DNA of 64,000 bases, taken from IMG/VR virus record IMGVR_UViG_3300027704_000015, positions 15,963 through 79,962 of that record; one strand, given 5' to 3'. Positions 11,274-20,756 of the stretch are shown here, in pieces. Both the position numbers and the translations under genes were made by a program. This DNA is from a virus. Under the pieces are notes generated by a model. It ran no database searches. It was not told the origin of the DNA and worked only from the letters and a program-made list of their open reading frames with translations. Each line of letters opens with the position of its first letter. Within the stretch, counting starts at the first letter, position 1.

Positions 11274-11744
11274 ATGGCAACAGTATCAGGGTATTCATCA
11301 GTAGAGGAGTTATCAGTAATAGATGGTAGTATCTTAAGAGCTCAAGAGGTTGTTCTAGAAGATTATCAACTTACAGTACCTGCAAATGCAACTATTAAAG
11401 GTATAACAGTAGTGTGGACAGGTGCATACTCATCAAAAGTTCCTAATCCAGTACAATCAATGACAGTAACTTATGATGGTGCAGGCTTAGATAGCAATGC
11501 ATTGCAAGCGGATTTACATGCTATATACCAACCTATAGCTACAGTGAAGTTTGGAGGTTCAACTGAACTATGGGGGTTAACTTGGACTGCAGCCCAAGCA
11601 GCTGCAATTGTTACAAATTTTAATATTGATGAAGGTACAGCTTACCATGATGCATTTGAAGTTATAATTAACTACACAACACCTGATCAAATAACTATTA
11701 GTAAAGGAAGTATTCAGTTATCTACTGGAAATTTAACAATCTAG
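11274..11744 (+). CDS. Hypothetical virion-associated protein
   Basis: FGGSTELWGLTWT motif; follows fibre genes. Confidence 0.5.
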   Translation: MATVSGYSSVEELSVIDGSILRAQEVVLEDYQLTVPANATIKGITVVWTGAYSSKVPNPVQSMTVTYDGAGLDSNALQADLHAIYQPIATVKFGGSTELWGLTWTAAQAAAIVTNFNIDEGTAYHDAFEVIINYTTPDQITISKGSIQLSTGNLTI

Positions 11745-11775
11745 TTGTTTAATTAAGATATTTTCCGTATATTTA
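11743..11775 (+). promoter_or_regulatory. Bacteroidota-type promoter (TTG-N20-TATATTTA)
   Basis: Matches the repeated motif; ATG starts 6 nt after the -7 box. Confidence 0.7.
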
Positions 11776-11780
11776 TATAA

Positions 11781-12368
11781 ATGGATACAGAAACTAAACT
11801 CACAGCAGGTATATTTACATTTATTTTCATGTGTTTAGTTATGTATTATATTAACTATCAAGACGAATTATTAATTAATACAATTCAATCTCATGAGATT
11901 GAGCTGAACGAGGTAATAAATCAACATGAAACAATTAACATAAAATATGACAGCTTATTAAATATAATTGATAGCTTACCTTTAGGATCCCCATTAGATA
12001 CATTAGAAGTATCAAGTGAGTATGGATGGAGGAGAAATCCAATAAGGACAGGTTGGCAGATGCATGGAGGAACAGATTATCTAGCAGCATGGCAAGACAC
12101 AGTTTATGCAACAGGGAGTGGTATAGTTAGAAGAGCTAGATGGAATGCAGGATATGGTAGATGTATTATGATTGACCATACATGGGGGTATCAATCAACA
12201 TATGCTCATTTATACAGATACTTTGTAAGAAGAGGTGATACAGTTAGTAAAGGACAACCTATAGCAAGGGCAGGGAACTCAGGAGCTGTAACAGGTCCTC
12301 ATTTGCACTATGAAGTAAGAAGGTATGGAAAAAGAGCAAATCCCTCACTGTTTGTGTTGGATAATTGA
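11781..12368 (+). CDS. M23 family peptidoglycan endopeptidase with N-terminal TM anchor
   Basis: HxGxD (HGGTD), YAHL and GPHLHYEVR motifs. Confidence 0.9.
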   Translation: MDTETKLTAGIFTFIFMCLVMYYINYQDELLINTIQSHEIELNEVINQHETINIKYDSLLNIIDSLPLGSPLDTLEVSSEYGWRRNPIRTGWQMHGGTDYLAAWQDTVYATGSGIVRRARWNAGYGRCIMIDHTWGYQSTYAHLYRYFVRRGDTVSKGQPIARAGNSGAVTGPHLHYEVRRYGKRANPSLFVLDN

Positions 12369-12387
12369 TAAAAAGTTCGTATATTTA
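12357..12387 (+). promoter_or_regulatory. Bacteroidota-type promoter
   Basis: TTG-N20-TATATTTA. Confidence 0.65.
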
Positions 12388-12410
12388 ATATAAATAAAGA
12401 TGGATAATAG

Positions 12411-13208
12411 ATGAGTAAATTTAGCGTAGTTCAGAATTTTATATGTGATATACCTCAAAGACTTGAAGTTATTAGAAATAATACTCCAATAGTAGCGTCT
12501 GTATGGGGTGATTACGAATATTTTGTAAACTTTAATTCTAGTATAAATTTGAATGAAGTACATGCAATATATAAAAAGAGTTTACCTAAACTTAATTTTT
12601 ATAATAACCTAGAGAAGGATTGGGCAAGTATTACACTTGCTCTTGTTAATCAAGTAAATACATCATATGTTATTATGCTTAATGAAGATATGCAGTTTAG
12701 GATGGATAAAGAGCATTGGGATAATATTGTTCATGAATGCTTTATTGATAATGATGTTAGTTATATGTTGCTTAATAAAATCGGTAAATATAATCAAGAA
12801 CCGTATGTAAGTGGAGAGTTTCCTGATCCTAATAATCAAGCAGCACACGCTACAATAAGAGGGTGGGGTCAATACCCTGCTCCTAAGTACAAGCAAGGAA
12901 AGCATGTATATTTTTATGATAGTAAATTTGCTAGACATAAAAGGGTATCTATGGATGCAGTTTATAAAACAGAATGGTTAAAGGAGAGGTTAGAAGAATT
13001 TATTCTTAAAGGAGATGCATGTAAGCATGATATACCTCATAGGCATAAACATATACCTCACTTCTATGAAGGTTATTATGACTTTAATAATGGAATGTAT
13101 AGATTTGGAGACATGAAGTGTGCAATACCGAGAAACAATATAATTGACCATTATGAAGAAGTAAAGCAGAACGAATTTCATCACCTATATAATAAACAAT
13201 CAATATAA
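12411..13208 (+). CDS. Putative glycosyltransferase-like protein
   Basis: YVIMLNEDMQF resembles the GT-A DxD region; has its own promoter. Confidence 0.4.
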   Translation: MSKFSVVQNFICDIPQRLEVIRNNTPIVASVWGDYEYFVNFNSSINLNEVHAIYKKSLPKLNFYNNLEKDWASITLALVNQVNTSYVIMLNEDMQFRMDKEHWDNIVHECFIDNDVSYMLLNKIGKYNQEPYVSGEFPDPNNQAAHATIRGWGQYPAPKYKQGKHVYFYDSKFARHKRVSMDAVYKTEWLKERLEEFILKGDACKHDIPHRHKHIPHFYEGYYDFNNGMYRFGDMKCAIPRNNIIDHYEEVKQNEFHHLYNKQSI

Positions 13209-13230
13209 TTAATAAATAAAAAGAAAGAAT

Positions 13231-13749
13231 ATGAAAAAAGTATTATTAGCACTATTAGTTTCGCTTGGACTACAAACACAAGCACAACAAGCAACACCAT
13301 ATTTCTGTTGTGATTCAATCACATACTGGACAGATCAAAGTCAAGGATTTAGTATAGGTCTTGATACATCAGGAATAATACATAATCCAGACTCTATGTT
13401 GGTATTGTGGCAAGTATGTAATTCAAATACATGTTATTCAGCAGATGGAATGTATGCTTATTTCGGACAGGTATTGACAACAGATACATTGAAGGTTTGT
13501 TACGATGTTATGATTTGGGAAGCAGGTATAATGGAAGTATGTACTAGATGTGATTCATTAGTATTTGATCAAAATACATTCACATGGATGTTATATAATT
13601 CACAAGGTAATACAACTGGAATTGAAGAGTTAATGAAGAATGAAGGTGTGTATAATACAATGTATGATTTACAAGGTAGAAAGATTAACCTAGCTCCTAC
13701 AGGAACAATGTACATCAGAAATAACAAGACATATATTAGAGTAAAATAA
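13231..13749 (+). CDS. Secreted protein with short T9SS type A-like CTD
   Basis: Signal peptide; C-terminus TGIEE...MYDLQGRKI...GTMYIRNNKTYIRVK. Confidence 0.7.
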   Translation: MKKVLLALLVSLGLQTQAQQATPYFCCDSITYWTDQSQGFSIGLDTSGIIHNPDSMLVLWQVCNSNTCYSADGMYAYFGQVLTTDTLKVCYDVMIWEAGIMEVCTRCDSLVFDQNTFTWMLYNSQGNTTGIEELMKNEGVYNTMYDLQGRKINLAPTGTMYIRNNKTYIRVK

Positions 13750-14445
13750 TGAAAAAGATATTATTAACATTAGTATTAGGGTTAGGATTACTGACAGCTG
13801 ATGCACAAACAAACTTAACTACTGCAGTTGATTTTACAGTAACAGATGTACATGGTGAAATATATAATTTATTCTCTATACTAGATGGAGGTCAACATGT
13901 AATACTTGATTTTTTCTTTACTACTTGTGGACCTTGTATAGCTTCGGTCCCAACTCTAAACCAATCATTTACAGACTATGGGTGTAATTTAGGTGAAGTA
14001 TTTTATATTTCAATAGATGCTGGTGATACTGATGCACAAGTTCTCCAATATGAATATGATTACGGAGGACTTTTACCTGCAGTTAGTGGAATAGATGGTG
14101 GAGGTGATGCAGTAAATTCTACATATGGAATTGGTGCATATCCAACAGTGGTTTTAATTGCACCAGACTATACAATAATAGAACAAGACATATACCCTGT
14201 TACAAATATAACATCAACATTAATGAGTGCAGGATTAAATATGTCATCTTGTAATTTAGTATCAATAGAAGAATTATCAGTAGAAACTATAAGTAACAGT
14301 AAACAGTATGATCTATTAGGTAGAGAGTTGATAAAAGTTACTAAAGGAACTATATACATTCAGAATAAAGAATTAAAGATTAAATAATGAAAAAGATATT
14401 ATTAACATTAGTATTAGGGTTAGGGTTACTGACAGCTGATGCACA
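13744..14445 (+). repeat. 64-bp direct repeat (13744-13807 / 14382-14445) encoding the same signal peptide
   Basis: aaataatgaaaaagatattattaacattagtattagggttagg(a/g)ttactgacagctgatgcaca, 1 mismatch. Confidence 0.95.
13749..14387 (+). CDS. Secreted TlpA/AhpC-TSA thioredoxin-like protein with T9SS-like CTD
   Basis: DFTVTD...DFFFTTCGPC...YPTVVLI; C-terminus YDLLGRE...GTIYIQNK. Confidence 0.8.
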   Translation: MKKILLTLVLGLGLLTADAQTNLTTAVDFTVTDVHGEIYNLFSILDGGQHVILDFFFTTCGPCIASVPTLNQSFTDYGCNLGEVFYISIDAGDTDAQVLQYEYDYGGLLPAVSGIDGGGDAVNSTYGIGAYPTVVLIAPDYTIIEQDIYPVTNITSTLMSAGLNMSSCNLVSIEELSVETISNSKQYDLLGRELIKVTKGTIYIQNKELKIK

Positions 14446-14941
14446 GATAGACAGATTAGCAGGACCAAGAATTGGATTCACATTATTAACACATGGTAGT
14501 TCAGCAGACTTTATCAATGATAGGTCATCTGAATACAATGGATTTGATGAGGTTTATACAGAAGGTCAGAAGATGGCATTCATATCTCAATATGGATGGC
14601 AATGGGAAACAAGATTTGTAGACAATGGTGAAGTAGCAGGATTAGTAGAATGGGTAGTTGTTGTAGGTGGAATGGAGCAAGGAATGTTCTTACCAGCAGT
14701 ATCATCTTTAGTAGGAATAAGAACAGGTAATGGAATGGAAGCAGCAATAGGACCTAACTTATCTTTATCAGGTATTGGAATGGTATTTACAATAGGAAAG
14801 AACTTCAAATCAGGAGACTTAAACTTTCCAGTAAATATAGCATTTGTGCCAGGTAAAACTTCAGCATGGGGTGATGGAGGAGATCCAACAGGAGCTAGAA
14901 TATCATTGATACTTGGATTCAATATGAGCAATAGTAAGTAA
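14387..14941 (+). CDS. Exported, probable outer-membrane beta-barrel protein
   Basis: Signal peptide identical to that of the upstream gene; amphipathic beta strands. Confidence 0.55.
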   Translation: MKKILLTLVLGLGLLTADAQIDRLAGPRIGFTLLTHGSSADFINDRSSEYNGFDEVYTEGQKMAFISQYGWQWETRFVDNGEVAGLVEWVVVVGGMEQGMFLPAVSSLVGIRTGNGMEAAIGPNLSLSGIGMVFTIGKNFKSGDLNFPVNIAFVPGKTSAWGDGGDPTGARISLILGFNMSNSK

Positions 14942-15066
14942 TGAGAAGAGATGAGCAAGCAATGTATGCATTAATGATACCATGGTTATTTATAATTGGA
15001 GTATGTGGTATAATGATTATAGCAGTAGCATTAGATTTAGTTTTTAACTTAGGGCTAAGTAACTGA
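14941..15066 (+). CDS. Small membrane protein (41 aa, not in ORF track)
   Basis: ATG overlaps the upstream stop; one TM helix. Confidence 0.5.
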   Translation: MRRDEQAMYALMIPWLFIIGVCGIMIIAVALDLVFNLGLSN

Positions 15067-15067
15067 T

Positions 15068-15535
15068 ATGAAAAATATGAATTCAAGATTAGGGTATACA
15101 ATAGTTGTAACATTCTGGGTTATAATTTTAATAGCATTAACTAGTTGCAATGGCACATACTATTTAACAGATGCAGAGTATATAGATGCAAGAGAAGATC
15201 ACGCATCTATAACATATTACAATAGTCAAATATATTGGGGATGGAATAATGGATATTATTACTATTATGGAATACCTCATTACTATCCTTGGACATACTA
15301 TTATAATACATGTCCACCATCACATCATACAACATCTACACATATTGTAATTAGTAGACCTGTTAACAGGCCAACACATAGACCTAATATACCAACACAT
15401 AGACCAACTATAAAAACCAATTCTAGTAGGAATATCATAAAGACTAATAGGAATATCATAAAGACTAATGTCAAGACTAATGTCAAGACTAATAGAACAA
15501 ACAAAAAGGTTACTAATAGAAGGAGACCAAAATAA
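15068..15535 (+). CDS. Putative lipoprotein, Tyr-rich with basic repetitive tail
   Basis: Lipobox LTSC; tandem RNIIKTN and VKTN repeats. Confidence 0.6.
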   Translation: MKNMNSRLGYTIVVTFWVIILIALTSCNGTYYLTDAEYIDAREDHASITYYNSQIYWGWNNGYYYYYGIPHYYPWTYYYNTCPPSHHTTSTHIVISRPVNRPTHRPNIPTHRPTIKTNSSRNIIKTNRNIIKTNVKTNVKTNRTNKKVTNRRRPK

Positions 15536-15921
15536 TGGGATTTCATAAAAGACATATAAGTAATGATCAGGTAATTGATATATTTAGAAGTCAAGGTATA
15601 ACTGGTGTAGAAGATTGGTACACTAGAAAGGTAGATGCAGTTATAACTGAAGCAGGTCTAGCATCAGATATATATGATATAATGCATATTCCAGGAATGG
15701 ATCAAGCTAACACATGGAAAACAATATCTGATATGATTATGAATGAAAGGTATTATGATAGATTAACAGAAGCTGAGCAAATTGAAGAAATACTTCAAGA
15801 AGCAAATGGATATGGATTAAGACCAGAGGTAAAGCAATGGGCAAGACAATTTATAGATAAAGATCCTAAATTAACTAAAATAGCTGCATATCAAATGAGC
15901 TATGATGAATGGGTAAAATAA
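15535..15921 (+). CDS. Hypothetical phage protein
   Basis: Overlapping stop/start with upstream gene. Confidence 0.6.
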   Translation: MGFHKRHISNDQVIDIFRSQGITGVEDWYTRKVDAVITEAGLASDIYDIMHIPGMDQANTWKTISDMIMNERYYDRLTEAEQIEEILQEANGYGLRPEVKQWARQFIDKDPKLTKIAAYQMSYDEWVK

Positions 15922-16502
15922 TGAGCAAAGAAACACAAGCAAGAGATGTAGCACTTAGTGAATATAATAAATTCATGGACAAGTATAAAGCAGGGGTAGA
16001 ATCAGGTAACATGAAGCTAATGCAGCATATGTTACGATTAGAAGCTGATAAGATTAGAACACAATCTATTGTAGATGCAGTAGAGAAATCAGAAGCAGGT
16101 ATTGATGGTGGTGTATATGACTTTGAAGATACTAAGATGAAGCTACAAATGGATTCAAACGAGTACAGGCAAGATCAAGCTAGAGAACAAGCATTTGTTA
16201 AGATGGCTACTAAAGACACTACTAAGGAGGAGCTAAAGCAAGCACCTATCAGTATTGGGGACCCTGATAAGATGGATGCATTTAGAATAGATCCATATGA
16301 TTTTGGTCAAATAGCTAAATCAACCCCTGCTAAGGAAGAAGTTAAACAGGCTCCTTCTGTTACACCAGCAGTTACAATAGATCCAGTTACAGGTAAGAAG
16401 GTATACAATGGTCCAAAACTACGAAATAAAAGAATAGTTGATGGAAAGGAGTGGGATGAATCTCACCCTAACTTCATGGACAAAGGTGTGGGAGGGATGT
16501 AA
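15909..16502 (+). CDS. Hypothetical protein
   Basis: 197-aa ORF. Confidence 0.6.
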   Translation: MGKIMSKETQARDVALSEYNKFMDKYKAGVESGNMKLMQHMLRLEADKIRTQSIVDAVEKSEAGIDGGVYDFEDTKMKLQMDSNEYRQDQAREQAFVKMATKDTTKEELKQAPISIGDPDKMDAFRIDPYDFGQIAKSTPAKEEVKQAPSVTPAVTIDPVTGKKVYNGPKLRNKRIVDGKEWDESHPNFMDKGVGGM

Positions 16503-16565
16503 TCTTCGAAGAAGCGACGCCCGAAGAGAAATACTAGGTTACATACACTTATAAAGGAATAAAAA

Positions 16566-16892
16566 ATGAAAGAAATGATTAAAGATAGCACAATAATATT
16601 ATTATTGATAGCAGCAGTATATTTGAGTGTGATGGGAATTGCACAAGTAAACAATGCTCATGACAAACAGACAACGGATTGGACAGGAACAACTCAAGGT
16701 GTACAGGATACAATGACAGAAGCAGAGTTGATGTTGTCAAAAGAACCGGATTGCATCTACTATGACACAACACATTGGCAACAAGAAGAAGATAGTGTCA
16801 ATGCATACATGAGACATTGGTATGAGGTGTTGGATACAAATAGTGATGGTGAAATAGATAATGATAGTATAATAGAATGGTTGGAGGAGTAA
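16566..16892 (+). CDS. Exported hypothetical protein
   Basis: Signal/TM segment; EF-hand-like DTNSDGEID. Confidence 0.55.
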   Translation: MKEMIKDSTIILLLIAAVYLSVMGIAQVNNAHDKQTTDWTGTTQGVQDTMTEAELMLSKEPDCIYYDTTHWQQEEDSVNAYMRHWYEVLDTNSDGEIDNDSIIEWLEE

Positions 16893-16896
16893 ACAA

Positions 16897-17043
16897 ATGG
16901 AATGGATGAAAATAGTAGGTTGGATATGGGCAGGATTGATAGTATGGTGTGCATGGGAGTTCTTTACATCACCCACAATGCCAGCAGATTACAATGAGGA
17001 TGGAATTAATCCAGATTATGAGGAGATTCAGGATGATGAATAG
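16897..17043 (+). CDS. Small membrane protein (48 aa, not in ORF track)
   Basis: MEWMKIVGWIWAGLIVWCAWEFF, one TM. Confidence 0.5.
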   Translation: MEWMKIVGWIWAGLIVWCAWEFFTSPTMPADYNEDGINPDYEEIQDDE

Positions 17044-17431
17044 AGCAGATTGGTTGAAGTTGAGAAATAGATTTACAGGCGATTTATGGTCATTTATAGT
17101 GTGGGCATGTATAGGTTGGGGAGCCACCGAGATGATTGTGTGGTTGACTGCAATACCAAGACCTCAGGTGCAAACATTCTTCTCAGGAGCATTCACTATG
17201 TTTGTGGTGTTAACCTTGTTGGGTGCTTGGAGATATGCTCAAGCAGAGAAGTTGAGACATGCGGCCATGGATCAGTTCATTGCGGATCAGAAGATGGATC
17301 AAGACAAACAAGCCAAGATCGATAAAGAGGTGATTGAAAAGCTCCAAAACGAGCATAACCTATCAGGTACTGAGCAGGATCGAAGGCTTAAAAGCTTGGA
17401 AGCAGCCTTGAAACATTTGAGAAAGAAATAG
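17033..17431 (+). CDS. 2-TM membrane protein with coiled coil (start probably 17033, not 16949)
   Basis: The longer start would overlap the 48-aa ORF. Confidence 0.55.
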   Translation: MMNRADWLKLRNRFTGDLWSFIVWACIGWGATEMIVWLTAIPRPQVQTFFSGAFTMFVVLTLLGAWRYAQAEKLRHAAMDQFIADQKMDQDKQAKIDKEVIEKLQNEHNLSGTEQDRRLKSLEAALKHLRKK

Positions 17432-17433
17432 CG

Positions 17434-17634
17434 ATGGCAACATATATAATGGCAATAAAGACTAGAAATGCAGGTGATCAAACTTTGAACTCACAGATAT
17501 GGAGAACAGAAGCTGATGGATTGAGTGAAGCGAAAAAGTATTTTGTGGAACTCAAACAGTTGAAAGAGGAGGACTTTGATAGAATGTTTATAGTTACTGA
17601 AATAAGAAAAGATGGAAACAATGAGAACGGATAA
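17434..17634 (+). CDS. Hypothetical protein
   Basis: Operonic small ORF. Confidence 0.55.
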   Translation: MATYIMAIKTRNAGDQTLNSQIWRTEADGLSEAKKYFVELKQLKEEDFDRMFIVTEIRKDGNNENG

Positions 17635-17980
17635 ACAATATACAGACTCCATGAAGATGTTGTCTATAGGATGGTGTGGAATAGTGATGACAATACTCCT
17701 ACTGTTAGCAACACAATGTACACCCATACAAGCACAAACCATATACGAGGTGGAGTATAAGTCACAAGCAAACATCATACTATATAAGACACAATACCAA
17801 TCACAAGCTGATTATAGCTACTATATTACAGCATACCCATCACAGGCAAACACAAGTAGAAATCATTGGTATCAAGTACCTTATAAGTCACAAGCTGAAC
17901 TGCTGGTATGGTGGACAAGGCATCCCAATCAAGCTCATCACAAGGTGTGGCAAGCAAAGTATCCTTCGGAAACCCGATAA
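17612..17980 (+). CDS. Exported protein with YxSQA repeats (DUF6150-like)
   Basis: Signal peptide; repeated V/T-x-Y-x-S-Q-A. Confidence 0.55.
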   Translation: METMRTDKQYTDSMKMLSIGWCGIVMTILLLLATQCTPIQAQTIYEVEYKSQANIILYKTQYQSQADYSYYITAYPSQANTSRNHWYQVPYKSQAELLVWWTRHPNQAHHKVWQAKYPSETR

Positions 17981-18250
17981 ACACCAAGAGTTCCATCCAA
18001 GCTCCTTCTTCATTACAAGTCTAACCCTTGAGCAGATCATAGCTATACAAGGTAGAAAGGGGGCTAAGTTCAATAAAAGTATTACTATCATTCCAAATAA
18101 TCATGTCGAGAGAATAAGGGCTTTCTAGTTTTCCTCATACTTATTTACATAGTATAATATAGGTCATACAATTAACTTGTATAGAAGACAGATAAAACAA
18201 TCATGTACGTGTCTGTCGTGAACCGAATTTTTATATAGGAGTAAATTATT

Positions 18251-18772
18251 ATGGGAAGAATGTTTGGAACAGGGAGAGAGCCCTTAAACCTACTCAAATC
18301 AAATATCATTTATGGTATGGCTAATAGTAAAAGCAATATGGAGGCTGCTAGGTTCTTGAGGATATCCTACCCCACCTACAAGAAATATGCCAAGATGTAC
18401 AAGGATGATGCTACAGGTACCAGCTTGTTTGAAATGCATAAGAACCAGCAAGGCATAGGGGTAGCTAAACCTTACAATGTCAAGAAAGGAAAATACAGCA
18501 TGGAGGATATCCTGGAGGGTGCTTATCCAGAGTATCCTGTAAGTAATCTTAAGAAAAGAATCATAACCAACTCCATCCTCGAGGAATGCTGTGACAATTG
18601 CAGCTTTCAGGAGAGGAGAGTAGTGGACTATACTGTACCCTTGCTCCTGGACCATATGGATGGCGATAGAACCAACCATAGACGCTGGAACCTTAGGATG
18701 TTGTGTTATAATTGCTACTACCTGATGGTGGGTAACATCGGTGGACGTCCAGTCAACACAGATAATCATTAA
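18251..18772 (+). CDS. HTH + HNH endonuclease
   Basis: AARFLRISYPTYKKY HTH; CxxC...LDHMDGDRTNHRRWNLRMLCYNC. Confidence 0.85.
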   Translation: MGRMFGTGREPLNLLKSNIIYGMANSKSNMEAARFLRISYPTYKKYAKMYKDDATGTSLFEMHKNQQGIGVAKPYNVKKGKYSMEDILEGAYPEYPVSNLKKRIITNSILEECCDNCSFQERRVVDYTVPLLLDHMDGDRTNHRRWNLRMLCYNCYYLMVGNIGGRPVNTDNH

Positions 18773-18775
18773 ATT

Positions 18776-18808
18776 AGTTGCTTATCCGAGATATATTTCG
18801 TATCTTTA
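18776..18808 (+). promoter_or_regulatory. Bacteroidota-type promoter
   Basis: AGTTG-N20-TATCTTTA. Confidence 0.75.
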
Positions 18809-18885
18809 TAATATAAATCAATTGGATACCCTAATAGATCGGGGGAGCGCACCTACTATTTAATTTTTCACCCCACCCTTAACTA

Positions 18886-18918
18886 TAAAGATACGAAATT
18901 AAATGCAGGGAGGCAACT
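18886..18918 (-). promoter_or_regulatory. Bacteroidota-type promoter on the minus strand, convergent with 18776
   Basis: Reverse complement reads AGTTG-N20-TATCTTTA. Confidence 0.7.
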
Positions 18919-19118
18919 AAATCCATGTTTATCTTTGTCTCAATAGGAGTCATGCGGTGGAGGGGGCGGGGAACCCAAGGCTTAATAACTTTCTGATAAC
19001 TTTCCGGGAGAGAGTTGCCACCGATGTAACGCCTTGAGTATGAACTAGTTAGCGGCGCTCAGTTTAAACACAAAGGTTTAATAACTTTTGCAAATTAACT
19101 CAAGATAACTGTGGGATT

Positions 19119-19152
19119 AGTTGTAGATATGCAGATTATTTCTTATCTTTAG
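19119..19152 (+). promoter_or_regulatory. Early promoter
   Basis: AGTTG-N21-TATCTTTA. Confidence 0.75.
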
Positions 19153-19191
19153 GTATAAATAAAGCGGAGATACTAATTAAATTACAATAAA

Positions 19192-19473
19192 ATGACAGAA
19201 ACACACTTACCAAAGACTACAGACATGTTACACACGTTAACACTGGAGCAATTAAACGAATTACAAGGACAGATCACACAGATGATCCAGTTAAAACAGC
19301 CATCCTTAAGGGTTGGAATGAAATGCGAGGTAAGATCTCCTAAATTGGAAGGGTTAGAAGGTATGATCATCAAGGTGAATAGGACTAAATGTAAGATACA
19401 GTTCGATAACAGTGGACAATTCAAGAGAGACACTACATGGAACGTGCCAAAAGACATGATAATCTTAAAATAA
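19192..19473 (+). CDS. Early hypothetical protein (KOW/SH3-like)
   Basis: LRVGMKCEV...GMIIKVNRTK; directly after a promoter. Confidence 0.55.
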   Translation: MTETHLPKTTDMLHTLTLEQLNELQGQITQMIQLKQPSLRVGMKCEVRSPKLEGLEGMIIKVNRTKCKIQFDNSGQFKRDTTWNVPKDMIILK

Positions 19474-19483
19474 ACAGTGAAAC

Positions 19484-19516
19484 AGTTGGAGATACGAGAT
19501 ATTTTTCGTATCTTTA
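19484..19516 (+). promoter_or_regulatory. Early promoter (AAA gene)
   Basis: AGTTG-N20-TATCTTTA. Confidence 0.8.
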
Positions 19517-19565
19517 TGTATATAAAGAGGGAGGAAGCTCCTAGTAATAATTAAAAACTAAATCA

Positions 19566-20747
19566 ATGAGTGCAATCAACGAACTATTAATCGGCTACTA
19601 CAGACCGGAAATGTTTACAACTACAACTATCAAGGTGTATAACACCGATGGCAAGGAATGTCATACCAACAACTATCCTCACAAGCTATGGAGCAATCTT
19701 AAGAAGTCGGCTATGGCGGAAGGCAAGGCTCTACACTATACAGGTGAAGGCTGGAGGAAAGTGGATATGACTCATTACCTACAAGCTCAGATGGAGGTGA
19801 AAATACCTGAACCAGCTCCAGAGGTACCAACTGAGCATGCTGAACTTCTCAACCTTATACATACATCATATGACCTTAAACCTAAGGGCTTGAAAATGAA
19901 CGAGTTAAAGTGGAAGTATCTGATGAGATCAGGTATGAGAGGTAAAAATATAATGATGACAGGTCCAGCTGGATGTGGTAAAACGATGGCTGCTAAAGCT
20001 CTAGTTAACGCATTGGATAGACCTGACTTCTATTTCAACCTGGGAGCTACTCAAGATCCAAGAGCTACCCTAATAGGTAATACTCATTTCAATAAAGAGC
20101 AAGGCACCTACTTCTCAGAGGCTTTATTTGTTAAAGCTATTCAGACCCCTAACGCAGTAATACTATTGGATGAGCTATCAAGAGCTCACCCTGATGCATG
20201 GAACATCTTAATGACGGTACTTGACTCAGGTCAAAGGTATTTACGTTTAGATGAAGCTTCCACACAAGCTACTATCAATGTAGCGGATGGAGTAACCTTT
20301 ATCGCAACCGCGAACATAGGTAACGAGTATACGTCGACCAGGGTGATGGATAAGGCTTTGATGGATAGATTCACAATTATCGAGATGGACCTATTGAGCG
20401 CATACGATGAAGCAGAACTGCTGAAATATATGTTTCCGTTAGTAGCTAGCAAGGATATTGAAAGCATTGCGGGCATCACAGATCTAACTAGAAAGGAATG
20501 TAACAATGAAGAGTCTAGATTATCCAGTCCAATAAGCACACGTACAGCCGTAGAGATGACTTCCCTTATATACGATGGCTTCACGTTACAAGAGGCGTCA
20601 GGTATTACTATCTACCCTCAGTATAGTACGGATGGAGGGGTAGACTCAGAACGCACATTTATCAAGCAGATAGTTCAGAAGTTCTGTGATGATGGTACTG
20701 AGAAGGACCTATTCAACGTGGATGAAGAGGCAGGTCAAGAGATATAA
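19566..20747 (+). CDS. MoxR/CbbQ/NirQ/CobS-type AAA+ ATPase
   Basis: Walker A GPAGCGKT, Walker B ILLDE, ATAN sensor, ALMDRF arginine finger. Confidence 0.9.
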   Translation: MSAINELLIGYYRPEMFTTTTIKVYNTDGKECHTNNYPHKLWSNLKKSAMAEGKALHYTGEGWRKVDMTHYLQAQMEVKIPEPAPEVPTEHAELLNLIHTSYDLKPKGLKMNELKWKYLMRSGMRGKNIMMTGPAGCGKTMAAKALVNALDRPDFYFNLGATQDPRATLIGNTHFNKEQGTYFSEALFVKAIQTPNAVILLDELSRAHPDAWNILMTVLDSGQRYLRLDEASTQATINVADGVTFIATANIGNEYTSTRVMDKALMDRFTIIEMDLLSAYDEAELLKYMFPLVASKDIESIAGITDLTRKECNNEESRLSSPISTRTAVEMTSLIYDGFTLQEASGITIYPQYSTDGGVDSERTFIKQIVQKFCDDGTEKDLFNVDEEAGQEI

Positions 20748-20756
20748 TATAATGAT

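Noticed and set aside
18251-18772. IscB/HEARO-type RNA-guided nuclease
   Set aside because: No PLMP or RuvC motifs; the protein is only HTH plus HNH.
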